In this document: positions 14,901 through 23,544 of the stretch, piece by piece | How positions within the stretch are numbered: the first letter of the stretch is position 1 | Layout of the letters: each line of letters opens with the position of its first letter | Assembly (NCBI RefSeq): GCF_902805515.1 | Contig: NZ_CADCTE010000066.1 | Coordinates: 18,114-82,113 of the forward strand | Direction: 5' to 3' | Length of the DNA stretch: 64,000 nt | Origin: an uncultured Arthrobacter sp. | GTDB taxonomy: Bacteria; Actinomycetota; Actinomycetes; Actinomycetales; Micrococcaceae | Notes under the pieces: model-generated | What the model was told of the DNA's origin: nothing | Seen by the model: only the letters and a program-made list of their open reading frames with translations | Database searches by the model: none | Position numbers and translations under genes: made by a program

Positions 14901-15488
14901 CTATAGGGGGTATGGGTGGAGGACCCTGGCAGTGAAGTCTGCCAACTGTGTCCGCATCTGTTCGGGTGATACCCGCTCGTTGCCCGCTAGGTGATCTACA
15001 AGATCGGCTCGGGTGACGGCAAGTAGTGCGTGAGCCGTGAAGTCGCTGTGGGTCATACCGGGAATCTGCTCCAGCATGAGCTGGAGCAGATCATGCCATC
15101 GGTCGTAATTCTCTGCCCGGTAGGGGCCCAAATCCGCTGCTTCCTCCAGGGCCAGTGCGAGGTGGCGGTTGTCGAGCTTGAAGCACAGCAAGGCGTCGAG
15201 CACTGCGGGAATGCGCTGTTGCGGGCGGGCACCAGGCCCTAAGGGAGGTGGACCGGCTGTAATGGCGTCCATGGTTACTTCGAGCCGCACCTCGCACAGC
15301 GCCCGAATCAGGCCCGCACGATCGCCAAATGCCCGGAAAATCGTTGCTTTGCCGACGCCGGCCGCTGCGGCAACGTCGGCCATGGTGACGCCCTTCGAAC
15401 TGTCGTAGTCATGGAAAAGGGTGTCGGCGGCAGCGAGAACGGCCGAACGGTTACGGACGGCGTCCTTACGAGGCTTGCGTTCGGTCAT
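14901..15488 (-). CDS. TetR/AcrR family transcriptional regulator
   Basis: RKDAVRNRSAVLAAA...TMADVAAAAGVGKATIFRAFGDR HTH; ATG 15488 with AAGGAG RBS. Confidence 0.92.
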   Translation of the reverse strand: MTERKPRKDAVRNRSAVLAAADTLFHDYDSSKGVTMADVAAAAGVGKATIFRAFGDRAGLIRALCEVRLEVTMDAITAGPPPLGPGARPQQRIPAVLDALLCFKLDNRHLALALEEAADLGPYRAENYDRWHDLLQLMLEQIPGMTHSDFTAHALLAVTRADLVDHLAGNERVSPEQMRTQLADFTARVLHPYPL

Positions 15489-15502
15489 ACGGCTCTCCTT
15501 GT

Positions 15503-15554
15503 AATACGGACCACCGGTCCGTATTGTTCTTAATCCGGACCAAGGGTTCGATTT
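15503..15554. promoter_or_regulatory. Tandem TetR-type operator palindromes
   Basis: Perfect AATACGGACC-ACC-GGTCCGTATT (15503-15525) and degenerate copy AATCCGGACC-AAG-GGTTCGATTT (15532-15554) in the divergent tetR/snoaL intergenic region. Confidence 0.8.
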
Positions 15555-15573
15555 CGATATAAGGAGAGTACTC

Positions 15574-15993
15574 ATGTCTATGCCCATCTCGCCGGCGGAC
15601 ACGTTCCGCAACGGTGTGCAACTGCTCCTGGACAAGAACGTCCCCGCTTGGGTCGAGCTGTGGGCCGAAGACGGACGAATGGAGTTTCCCTTCGCCCCCA
15701 CCGGCTGGCCCACGCATCTGGCTGGGAAGGAGGCCATCGCCGCGTACATGCGGAACTACTCCGACCACATCGACCTGCAGGACATTCCCGACCTCGTGGT
15801 TCATGAGACCTCCGACCCGGCGACCATCGTGGTGGAGATGCGTGCTACCGGACGCATAGTGACATCGGACAGCCCGTACGACATGACCTATATCGCCGTC
15901 GTCACTGTTCACAACGGCTGCTTCTCCTCCTACCGCGACTACTGGAACCCCCTCGCCGTCTCCACGGCCGGCACCGACTTTAGGACCAACTGA
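15574..15993 (+). CDS. NTF2/SnoaL-like (PhzA/B-type) protein
   Basis: WVELWAEDGRMEFPFAP and RDYWNP motifs; AAGGAG RBS. Confidence 0.85.
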   Translation: MSMPISPADTFRNGVQLLLDKNVPAWVELWAEDGRMEFPFAPTGWPTHLAGKEAIAAYMRNYSDHIDLQDIPDLVVHETSDPATIVVEMRATGRIVTSDSPYDMTYIAVVTVHNGCFSSYRDYWNPLAVSTAGTDFRTN

Positions 15994-16838
15994 TGACCAC
16001 CGGCAGTGCATTGATCATCGGTGCCAGCGGCACCACCGGCACCCGCATCGTTGCCCAACTGGCTGCCGTGGGCTACCGGGCTAAGGCCGCCAGCCGGCGC
16101 GCCTCTGCCGTCGCAGGAGCGACACCTGTCACTTTTGATTGGTATGACCCGTCCACCCACTTCGACGCCCTCGACGGGGTTGACCGCGTCTACCTCATAC
16201 CGCCCTTAGGTGAATCCGACCCGGCGTCGGTCATGCTGCCGTTCCTCAAACAGGCCCGCGCTGTGGGTGTGCTCCGCGCCGTGCTGCTGAGCTCCTCAGC
16301 CATTGCCCGGGGCGGCCCAGCGGTGGGGATGGTGCACGATGCCCTGCCTGATCTATTCGATCAGTGGGCGGTGCTGCGGCCCTCATGGTTCATGCAGAAC
16401 TTCACCGGAACGCACCCGCATGCCATGAGCATTCGGGACCATGGCACCATTTGGACAGCTGCAGGCGACGGCCGAGTCGGATTCATCGACGCCGGGGACA
16501 TTGCATCGGTGGCAGTTCACGCGCTGACCGACGAAGAGGCACCCAATGATGAACTCATCCTTACCGGACCCGAAGCACTGAGCTTCGATGATGTCGCTAC
16601 CAGGATCACCGAAATATGGAATCGACCAGTGGCGCACCGTCGTTTATCTTACGATCACATGGTCGGTCGCCTGAGTGCGCTCATGCCGAAATCCTTTGCG
16701 ACGATGCTGACCGACATGGACGTAGCCATCGCAGCAGGATCCGAAGACCGCGTCACCGATACCGTTCAGCGACTCACCGGCCAGTCCCCGCGCAGCTTCC
16801 GCGACCTCTTGGCAAAGGAGACGCCATGGAACCATTGA
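15993..16838 (+). CDS. NmrA-like NAD(P)H-binding oxidoreductase (atypical SDR)
   Basis: IIGASGTTG, LRPSWFMQNF, FIDAGDIASVA, LTGPEALS; TGATG coupling to the SnoaL gene. Confidence 0.85.
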   Translation: MTTGSALIIGASGTTGTRIVAQLAAVGYRAKAASRRASAVAGATPVTFDWYDPSTHFDALDGVDRVYLIPPLGESDPASVMLPFLKQARAVGVLRAVLLSSSAIARGGPAVGMVHDALPDLFDQWAVLRPSWFMQNFTGTHPHAMSIRDHGTIWTAAGDGRVGFIDAGDIASVAVHALTDEEAPNDELILTGPEALSFDDVATRITEIWNRPVAHRRLSYDHMVGRLSALMPKSFATMLTDMDVAIAAGSEDRVTDTVQRLTGQSPRSFRDLLAKETPWNH

Positions 16839-16998
16839 GGCGTGGGTGGAGGGTGCATATGCACTGATTCGCCTGAGTGGTGGTCTTGCAACAGCACAGT
16901 CTTGCTCTGCCTGTCCAGGTACGTACTGCGGCCGCACCATCACCTGTGTTCCACCGTCGATCGGGTTGACCCCGGGCGCCCAGGACCGTCCGGCCGCG

Positions 16999-17007
16999 TT
17001 GTCCACA
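16999..17007 (+). promoter_or_regulatory. DnaA-box-type 9-mer upstream of the FHA-FtsK gene
   Basis: TTGTCCACA matches the actinobacterial TT(A/G)TCCACA consensus; candidate -10 TATCCT at 17046-17051. Function is inferred. Confidence 0.5.
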
Positions 17008-17082
17008 ACGCCTGCCGGCCGCATTCCTGCCACCCGGACACTGCCTATCCTCGCCGGAGGAGCATTCAGCATTGGAGCGGGT

Positions 17083-20000
17083 ATGCAGCTTCACCTTTCC
17101 GTGGTGGCGGGCCCCGGAGCCCCTGCCGCCACCGCGTCACACCTCCCCTGCGAGCTCGTTGTCAATCTCCAGCGGCCGATGTCCGGAGCGGACCTGGCCG
17201 GGCACCTCACCCTCCGCTTCGGGGACCTCTGCCTCTCGGTCGCGGGCATCCCCCTTGCCGCACTCGAACCGGGCGTCCCTCCCCTGGTCAACGGGGCCGT
17301 CCTCGTTGCCGGGAGCGGCCGTGCCGGTCCTGGGCCCTCGCCGGCACGTTCCGCCCTCATGCTTGTCGTGCACTCCGGACCGGATGCCGGGCTCATCTTC
17401 CCCTTAATGCGGGGTTCGTACTCGATCGGCCGGTCGGGCTGCGACATTTCGCTGCGCGATCCGGCGCTGTCCCGGCGCCACGCGGTGCTGGCTGTCGGAG
17501 AGGACCGCGTCCTGCTGCGCGATGCGGGCTCGGCGAACGGCACGTGGGTGGACGGGAACCGGATTACCGAGGCACCGATTTCTTCCTCCTCCTCGCTCGT
17601 TATGGGCGGCTCGCGGTGCGCCCTCGCCCTCACCGGAGCCTGCCGCCCGGAATTCCGCCCAGGGGACCTCGGGGAACCCCTGGACATCACCGCCGAGCCC
17701 GTGTCGGAGCGCGAGCGCTTCCTCACGCCGACGGTCCTGCTGCCGGTGGTGGGCGGGGCGGTCCTGGCGCTGGCCCTGAAGATGTGGCTCCTGCTCGCCT
17801 TCGCCGCGGTCGCCTCGCTGACCGGGTTGCTGTCGATCTGGGCCGTGCGTCGACGCCGGCGGCGGTTCGAGGCCGCCGTCCGGAGCGCCGCCGGGGCCGA
17901 TGCGAAGCGACGCTGCGCGGCGGTGTTGGATGCCGGGTCGGTCGCCCTCCGGGCCTACGGGCGCGGCCCGGAAGACCGGTGGACCGACCCGGGCACGGCC
18001 TCCCCGTCCGCGGCAGATCAGACTTCCCGGACCGCGAATATCCGTTTGGGCGAGGCCGACCAGCAGGCGAACCTTCGACTTACCCGCCCGGGACCGGAAT
18101 GGACGCCGCCCATCCTCAAGCGGATGCCCGTGGTGCTCCCGTTCCGACCGGCGTCCGAACGCCCCTTCCGCGCCCGGATCCAGCTGCACGGCCCCCGGGA
18201 GGACGTGCTTGGCATGGGCCGGCTCATCCTGCTCCAGTTCTCAGCAGTACTCGGATCCGACGCGGGAGTGATCTGCCGCGGCCTGCCGTCCGAACTGCCC
18301 ACCGCGGCGCGGTTCCTGCCGGGGGTCCGCCTCGTGTCCACGCCCGCCGCGCTGGAGGCGGTGATCCGTGAAGGGCCCGGCCCGGTGCTGATTGAGTTTT
18401 CGGCGGCTCCCGGGCCCGTTCCGGCAGGCGAGTGGGCCGAGGCAATTACCATCTCGGTGCGGCCGGGCCGGGCCACCGTGGTCCGTGGCTCCGGCCGCCT
18501 CGGGTTCATTCCGGACCGTGTGGGTGCCCCGGCCTTCGAAGCCTCTGCCCGTGCCCTGGGTACAGCCTCGACCCGGACCCCACCGGGCGGGCGCCGGGTG
18601 CGGCCTCCCCCCTCATTCGAGGACGGGCTGCACCTTCCGGCTCCGCCTTCCGCTCGGGAACTGGGCGAGCAGTGGTGCGACGGCGCGGAAAAGGACAGCC
18701 TGGAAGCGCCGATTGGTGCTGCCCCGGGAGGTCCCCAGGTCTTCGATCTGGTCAGGCAGGGGCCCCACCTCCTGGTCGCCGGCACAACGGGGTCCGGAAA
18801 ATCACAGCTGCTGCGTTCCCTGGTCCTCGGCATCGCGGCCCGCTATCCACCCCCGCGGGTCAACTTCCTCCTCTTTGACTTCAAGGGAGGCTCGGGCCTC
18901 GGCCTGCTGAGCGGGCTGCCCCACTGCGTCGGGTTCCTGACGGACCTGTCGGCGGAGTCGGTGGAGCGCGCGCTCCGGTCGCTCCGGGCCGAGCTGCGCC
19001 GACGGGAGGAACTGTTCGCCGACCACTCCGTCCAGGACATCGCCGGGCTGTCGGCGTCGACGGCGGTGTCCCTCCCGCGGCTCGTGGTGGTGGTCGATGA
19101 ATTCCGCAGGCTGAGCGATGAAGTCCCAGGAGCCGCCGGGGACCTGATGAAGTGTGCGGCGCTGGGCCGGTCTCTCGGGGTCCATCTGGTCCTGGCGACC
19201 CAGCGGCCCACCGGCGCCGTCACTGCCGATCTCCGGACAAACATCACCGCGTCGATTGCACTTCGGGTCCAGAACGACATCGAATCCCTGGACCTCATCG
19301 GCTCGATCCAGGCCGCGGCCATCGCGGTGGGCCTGCCCGGTCGGGGCTTCCTGAAGGTCGGCTCCGGGGAGCCCAGGGAGTTCCAGGTGGCGTCGACGGC
19401 CGGGCCGCCCCCGGGACCGGGCCCCGTCCTGGAGCTGGCCGAGTGGCTTCAAGGAACGCGCACGGACGCGCCCGGTCCGGCGCCGGAGGAGGGTCCGGAC
19501 GCGGTTCGGGGGCTCGTTCAAAGGATCGCGGAAGCGGCCCTGGTGAGCCGCACCCCCGATCAGTACCGCCCGGTCCTCCCTCCGCTGCCGTCGGAGCTCC
19601 TTCCCGCGGGCCCCGGGGCGTCGGTGCCGGAGGCGCTCACCCTGGGACTGCTCGACCTTCCCGACCGGCAGGCCCAGCCTTTCCTGCGCTGGGCACCCGG
19701 CCGCTCCCACCTCGCCTTCATCGGTTCGGCCTCCTCCGGAGCAGCCGGAGCGCTCCGGCACACCCTCACGGAGTGCCTGCTGGTCCAGCCGGACACGCAC
19801 CTCTATATCCTCGATGGCGACTTCACGCTCGCCTCCGCCTCCGACGCACCCCAGACCGGAGCGTACGCCGCCGCCCACGAACCGGTCCGGGCGGAACGGA
19901 TCCTCTTCCGCCTCGCGGCAGTGGTCCTCGAACGGCTCTCGGCGCCCGCCGCACCCGGGACTCCCCCGATTCTCCTCGCGGTCTCGGGCTGGGGCCGGTG

Positions 20001-20985
20001 GGCGGGCACCTTCCGGTCCCGCCGGTTTTCCGCCGCCGAGGACCTGCTTCACGACATCGTCCGCGACGGTCCCGCCGCCGGGGTGTCGCTGGTGATCACC
20101 GGTGAAAGGGAGCTGACCGCTGCGCGCTTCGTCGGGCAGGTGCCGAACCGGGTCTACCTGCCCCTGGGAACGCCCCCGGAGGTGACCGCCGGCTGGCCCC
20201 GGCTGCCGGCGGTCGACCCGGTGCCGGGACGGGGAGTTGCCTTCGGTAGATTCGGCACGGCGCGGTTTGGCCCGGTCCTGCTCGACGACGGCGCCCCCGC
20301 CCAGCTGATCATTCGGCCGCGGGAGGGTGCAGCGGCGCCGCGGCCGCCGCGGCGGCGCCCCTTCCGGGTTGACCCGCTCCCGGTCCGCGTCCGGTCGACG
20401 GACCTCCAGGCGGCCACCGGAACCGGCGCGGCCTGCCGGATTCCCATCGGGGTCGGCGGCGACGAACTGGAGACTGTCTTCCTTGGGCTTGAAGCCGGGG
20501 GCCTCTGGGCCGCGGTGGGACCTCCGGCCTCGGGCAGATCGACCCTCCTGGCCCTGCTCGAGAACCAGGCCCCGGCCTGGCTGCACCGCCTGCGGCCCCG
20601 GGACGATCCGGCGGCTTACTGGCGGGCTTCAGGGAGCCGCCCTCCCCTGGTGACGGACCCGGCGCGGTGCCTGCTGCTGATCGACGACGCGGAGACCCTG
20701 CCCGACGCCCTCCACCCGATCCTTGAGGCATGCCTCGCGTCCGGCGCTCGGGCGGTGTTCACGGCGGGCCACCGGTTCCTGCTGACCCAGCGGCCACTCG
20801 CCCGGCTGGCCCGGGCTGCGGGCCGCGGAGTCGTCCTGGCACCGAGGTCCGAAACCGACGGCGAGGTCTTCGGGGTGCGGCTGGAGCCTTGGGACCGTGT
20901 CGGCCCACCCGGACGCGCGGTGGTGCTGGACTCGGGCCGGCAGCTGCCGGTGCAGCTTGCGCAGGGTCCCGAAGGCGGCCCATGA
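17083..20985 (+). CDS. FHA-domain FtsK/SpoIIIE ATPase, EssC/EccC-like architecture
   Basis: FHA (IGRSG..D.ALSRRHA..GSANGT), TM pair, ATPase 1 AGTTGSGKS/VVVVDEF, degenerate ATPase 2 (GSASSGAAG), ATPase 3 GPPASGRST/LLIDDAE. ATG 17083 with GGAG RBS preferred over 16846. Confidence 0.85.
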   Translation: MQLHLSVVAGPGAPAATASHLPCELVVNLQRPMSGADLAGHLTLRFGDLCLSVAGIPLAALEPGVPPLVNGAVLVAGSGRAGPGPSPARSALMLVVHSGPDAGLIFPLMRGSYSIGRSGCDISLRDPALSRRHAVLAVGEDRVLLRDAGSANGTWVDGNRITEAPISSSSSLVMGGSRCALALTGACRPEFRPGDLGEPLDITAEPVSERERFLTPTVLLPVVGGAVLALALKMWLLLAFAAVASLTGLLSIWAVRRRRRRFEAAVRSAAGADAKRRCAAVLDAGSVALRAYGRGPEDRWTDPGTASPSAADQTSRTANIRLGEADQQANLRLTRPGPEWTPPILKRMPVVLPFRPASERPFRARIQLHGPREDVLGMGRLILLQFSAVLGSDAGVICRGLPSELPTAARFLPGVRLVSTPAALEAVIREGPGPVLIEFSAAPGPVPAGEWAEAITISVRPGRATVVRGSGRLGFIPDRVGAPAFEASARALGTASTRTPPGGRRVRPPPSFEDGLHLPAPPSARELGEQWCDGAEKDSLEAPIGAAPGGPQVFDLVRQGPHLLVAGTTGSGKSQLLRSLVLGIAARYPPPRVNFLLFDFKGGSGLGLLSGLPHCVGFLTDLSAESVERALRSLRAELRRREELFADHSVQDIAGLSASTAVSLPRLVVVVDEFRRLSDEVPGAAGDLMKCAALGRSLGVHLVLATQRPTGAVTADLRTNITASIALRVQNDIESLDLIGSIQAAAIAVGLPGRGFLKVGSGEPREFQVASTAGPPPGPGPVLELAEWLQGTRTDAPGPAPEEGPDAVRGLVQRIAEAALVSRTPDQYRPVLPPLPSELLPAGPGASVPEALTLGLLDLPDRQAQPFLRWAPGRSHLAFIGSASSGAAGALRHTLTECLLVQPDTHLYILDGDFTLASASDAPQTGAYAAAHEPVRAERILFRLAAVVLERLSAPAAPGTPPILLAVSGWGRWAGTFRSRRFSAAEDLLHDIVRDGPAAGVSLVITGERELTAARFVGQVPNRVYLPLGTPPEVTAGWPRLPAVDPVPGRGVAFGRFGTARFGPVLLDDGAPAQLIIRPREGAAAPRPPRRRPFRVDPLPVRVRSTDLQAATGTGAACRIPIGVGGDELETVFLGLEAGGLWAAVGPPASGRSTLLALLENQAPAWLHRLRPRDDPAAYWRASGSRPPLVTDPARCLLLIDDAETLPDALHPILEACLASGARAVFTAGHRFLLTQRPLARLARAAGRGVVLAPRSETDGEVFGVRLEPWDRVGPPGRAVVLDSGRQLPVQLAQGPEGGP

Positions 20986-20989
20986 CGCC

Positions 20990-21412
20990 CTACAGGGTCC
21001 GGGTTTCCCCGGTGGTCCGTGAAGTGTAGTTCAGGACCGGGCGGGTGAAGAGGGCGATCAGGACAACCGCACCCGGCACCAGCATCGCGAGGCCGATCAC
21101 CACCGACCCGCTGGAGAAGAACGACACCGAAAGGATGACGAGGAAAAGCTGGATCACCAGGGCGGCCGAACGCGGCCAGCGGAAACCCCGCCACAGCGCA
21201 CGCGCCAGCACCACGAGCCAGATGGCAAGGAGGATCAGGAACACCGCCAGGAAGACCGTTCCCCCGACGGAGACCAGGTCGCCCATGGCCAGGGTGCTCA
21301 TAAAGAGGGCTCCGACTCCGAGGAAGCCCAGGGCCTCAAGCAGGAGGATTCCCGCGATCACGGCGACGCCTGCCGGGCGGAGGTGGGGAGCTGGCTCGGT
21401 GGGTCTTGACAC
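20990..21412 (-). CDS. Small conserved membrane protein (about 4 TM)
   Basis: Hydrophobic 140-aa ORF with LWRGFRWPRSAALVIQL; divergent from whiB. Confidence 0.7.
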   Translation of the reverse strand: MSRPTEPAPHLRPAGVAVIAGILLLEALGFLGVGALFMSTLAMGDLVSVGGTVFLAVFLILLAIWLVVLARALWRGFRWPRSAALVIQLFLVILSVSFFSSGSVVIGLAMLVPGAVVLIALFTRPVLNYTSRTTGETRTL

Positions 21413-21602
21413 ACTGGCACCCTACCGGAGATAGTTCCAGTACGGCCAAGACCGGACCCCTCCCGCACCCTCTTGTGACCTAACCCTCATCCGTCTGCGC
21501 AACTCTCGGTGTATTAGCTCTTGTTTACCGTGACGTAACGTGACAGCCTTGATCTGAGATGAAAGCGGGGGCCGCATACGGCCCCTTTACTATGAGGGCC
21601 CT

Positions 21603-21618
21603 CGTGAATGTTTTCACA
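21603..21618. promoter_or_regulatory. CRP/GlxR-type binding site upstream of whiB1
   Basis: CGTGA-ATGTTT-TCACA, one mismatch to TGTGA-N6-TCACA; CRP control of whiB1 is established in mycobacteria. Confidence 0.65.
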
Positions 21619-21649
21619 AGGATGAGGGCTAAAGGAGAAAGTGGTCAGC

Positions 21650-21898
21650 ATGGATTGGCGTAGCCGCGCTGCGTGTCTGGACAAGGACCCGGAGTTGTTT
21701 TTCCCGGTCGGAAATACCGGGCCGGCGCTTCTTCAGATCGAAGAGGCGAAGAGCGTCTGCCGTCGCTGCCCCGTCATCGACACCTGCCTTCAGTGGGCGA
21801 TCGAATCCGGACAGGACGCAGGCGTCTGGGGCGGAATGAGTGAAGACGAGCGCCGTGCGCTCAAGCGCCGGGCCGCGCGAGCCCGCCGCGCCTCATAA
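21650..21898 (+). CDS. whiB1: WhiB family Fe-S transcription regulator, WhiB1-like
   Basis: MDWRSRAACLDKDPELFFPVGNTGPA, four Cys, GVWGGMSEDERR; alternative GTG start at 21641. Confidence 0.93.
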   Translation: MDWRSRAACLDKDPELFFPVGNTGPALLQIEEAKSVCRRCPVIDTCLQWAIESGQDAGVWGGMSEDERRALKRRAARARRAS

Positions 21899-21934
21899 CC
21901 AGCTGCTGGGCGGCCGACCGGCCGCAGCCAGCAC

Positions 21935-21970
21935 ATGCAGGAGGGCCGCCCGCGGGCGGCCCTCCTGCAT
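21935..21970. terminator. Bidirectional terminator-like palindrome between convergent whiB1 and pdtaS
   Basis: Perfect 36-bp palindrome ATGCAGGAGGGCCGCCCG|CGGGCGGCCCTCCTGCAT followed by TTAA. Confidence 0.75.
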
Positions 21971-22055
21971 TTAAGCCGGACCCCTGCAGCTGGGCTCCGG
22001 GGAGATCACCGACCGACGTAGCCAGCCGACGTATCCGACCGGCATATCCAACCGC

Positions 22056-23531
22056 TCAGGCGCGCCGGTCATTGTGCAGGCCCATCTCGAGGTGCACCGC
22101 AGTGCCACCGCCCTCCCGGGCACTCCACTCGATGGTCCCTCCGAGTTCGCTGTTCACGAGCGTCCGGACGATCTGCAGGCCGAGGCCCTGGGGAAAGTCC
22201 CCGGCAGGCAGGCCCACGCCGTCGTCGGCGATCGTGACGTCAAGGAGCTCCTCGCCGTCGCGGTCGGTGCGCCGGTTCGCCGTGAGCCACACGGTGCCGC
22301 TGCGGTCGGCCAGTCCGTGCTCGACGGCGTTGGTCACCAGCTCATTGATGACGAGGGCCAGCGGCGTCGCGAAGTCGCTGGGCAGCTCGCCGAAACAGCC
22401 GCTGCGTTCGGTGCGCACCGCGTGGGACGGCGAGGCGACCTCAGCCGAGAGCCGGAACTGCCGCTCGATGAGCTCATCGAAGTCGACGCTCTGCGCAAGC
22501 CCCTGGGACAGGGTTTCGTGCACCAGGGCGATGGTCGCAACCCGCCGCATGGCCTGCTCGAGGCCCTGCTTGCCCTCGTCGCTGACCATCCGCCGCGACT
22601 GCATCCGCAGCAGGGCGGCGACGGTCTGCAGGTTGTTCTTCACCCGGTGGTGGATCTCCCGGATGGTGGCGTCCTTGGAGACGAGTTCCATCTCCCGGCG
22701 GCGCAGTTCCGAGACGTCCCGCACGAGCACCAGCGCCCCGAAGCGGTCCGCCTCGTCCCGCAGCGGGATCGCCCGCAGGGACAGGCTGACGCCGCGGGAG
22801 CTGATTTCGGACCGCCAGGGCATGCGCCCGGTCACCACGAGCGGCAGGGTCTCATCGACCATCCGCCGGTCCTTCAGCAGCGGGGTGGTGATCTCGGCCA
22901 GCGACCGTCCCTCGAGGGTTTCCACGTCCCCGAGCCGCCGGAACGCCGAGACCCCGTTGGGGCTGGCATATTCGACGATCCCGTCGACGTCCATGCGGAT
23001 GAGTCCGTCACCGACGCGGGGGGCGCCCCGCCGCGAGCCCGTCGGTGTCGCGAAGTCCGGCCAGAGGCCCAGGGTGCCCATCCGGAGCAGGTCCTGCGCG
23101 CACTGCCGGTAGGTGAGTTCCAGCCGGGAGGGCATCCTCGGGGTGGACATGTCCATATGCGTCGTCACAATGGCCAGGGTCCGGCCGTTGCGCACCATGG
23201 GGACCGCCTCGACCCGCATGGCGGTTTCCACGCACTGTTCGTCCGGCGTGCATTCGATGCGCTGGCTCTCCCAGGCCCGGTTCACCAGCGGAAGCAGGTC
23301 CGCCCGGATCCGCTCCCCCACGAAGTCGCTGTGGAAGACGGTGTGCGAGGTCGAAGGCCGGGCATGCGCCAGCGCGACGTACCCCCCGTCGTCGAGTGGA
23401 AACCACAGGGCGAGGTCGGCGAACGCGAGGTCCGCCACCATCTGCCAGTCCCCCACCAGAAGGTGCAGCCACTCCGCGTCCCCCGGCGCGAAGCCCTGAT
23501 AGTCCCGGATCGGGTCGGTGAAGATAGCCAT
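22056..23531 (-). CDS. pdtaS: Soluble sensor histidine kinase PdtaS (H_kinase_N, PAS, HisKA_2, HATPase)
   Basis: WQMVADLAFADLALW, EIHHRVKNNLQTVAALL, NELVTNAVEH, DDGVG. Confidence 0.9.
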   Translation of the reverse strand: MAIFTDPIRDYQGFAPGDAEWLHLLVGDWQMVADLAFADLALWFPLDDGGYVALAHARPSTSHTVFHSDFVGERIRADLLPLVNRAWESQRIECTPDEQCVETAMRVEAVPMVRNGRTLAIVTTHMDMSTPRMPSRLELTYRQCAQDLLRMGTLGLWPDFATPTGSRRGAPRVGDGLIRMDVDGIVEYASPNGVSAFRRLGDVETLEGRSLAEITTPLLKDRRMVDETLPLVVTGRMPWRSEISSRGVSLSLRAIPLRDEADRFGALVLVRDVSELRRREMELVSKDATIREIHHRVKNNLQTVAALLRMQSRRMVSDEGKQGLEQAMRRVATIALVHETLSQGLAQSVDFDELIERQFRLSAEVASPSHAVRTERSGCFGELPSDFATPLALVINELVTNAVEHGLADRSGTVWLTANRRTDRDGEELLDVTIADDGVGLPAGDFPQGLGLQIVRTLVNSELGGTIEWSAREGGGTAVHLEMGLHNDRRA

Positions 23532-23544
23532 AAATTCCTGTCAA

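Noticed and set aside
14901-16838. TetR cassette as an IS or transposon
   Set aside because: No transposase, terminal inverted repeats or target duplication visible; reported only as a possible acquired cassette.
16846-17082. N-terminal extension of the FtsK ORF in the track
   Set aside because: No domain-like sequence; it contains a candidate -10, the DnaA-type box and an RBS in front of ATG 17083, so it is treated as promoter.
22008-22045. Short CCGAC(G/C) repeats downstream of pdtaS
   Set aside because: Too short and irregular to support a functional element.
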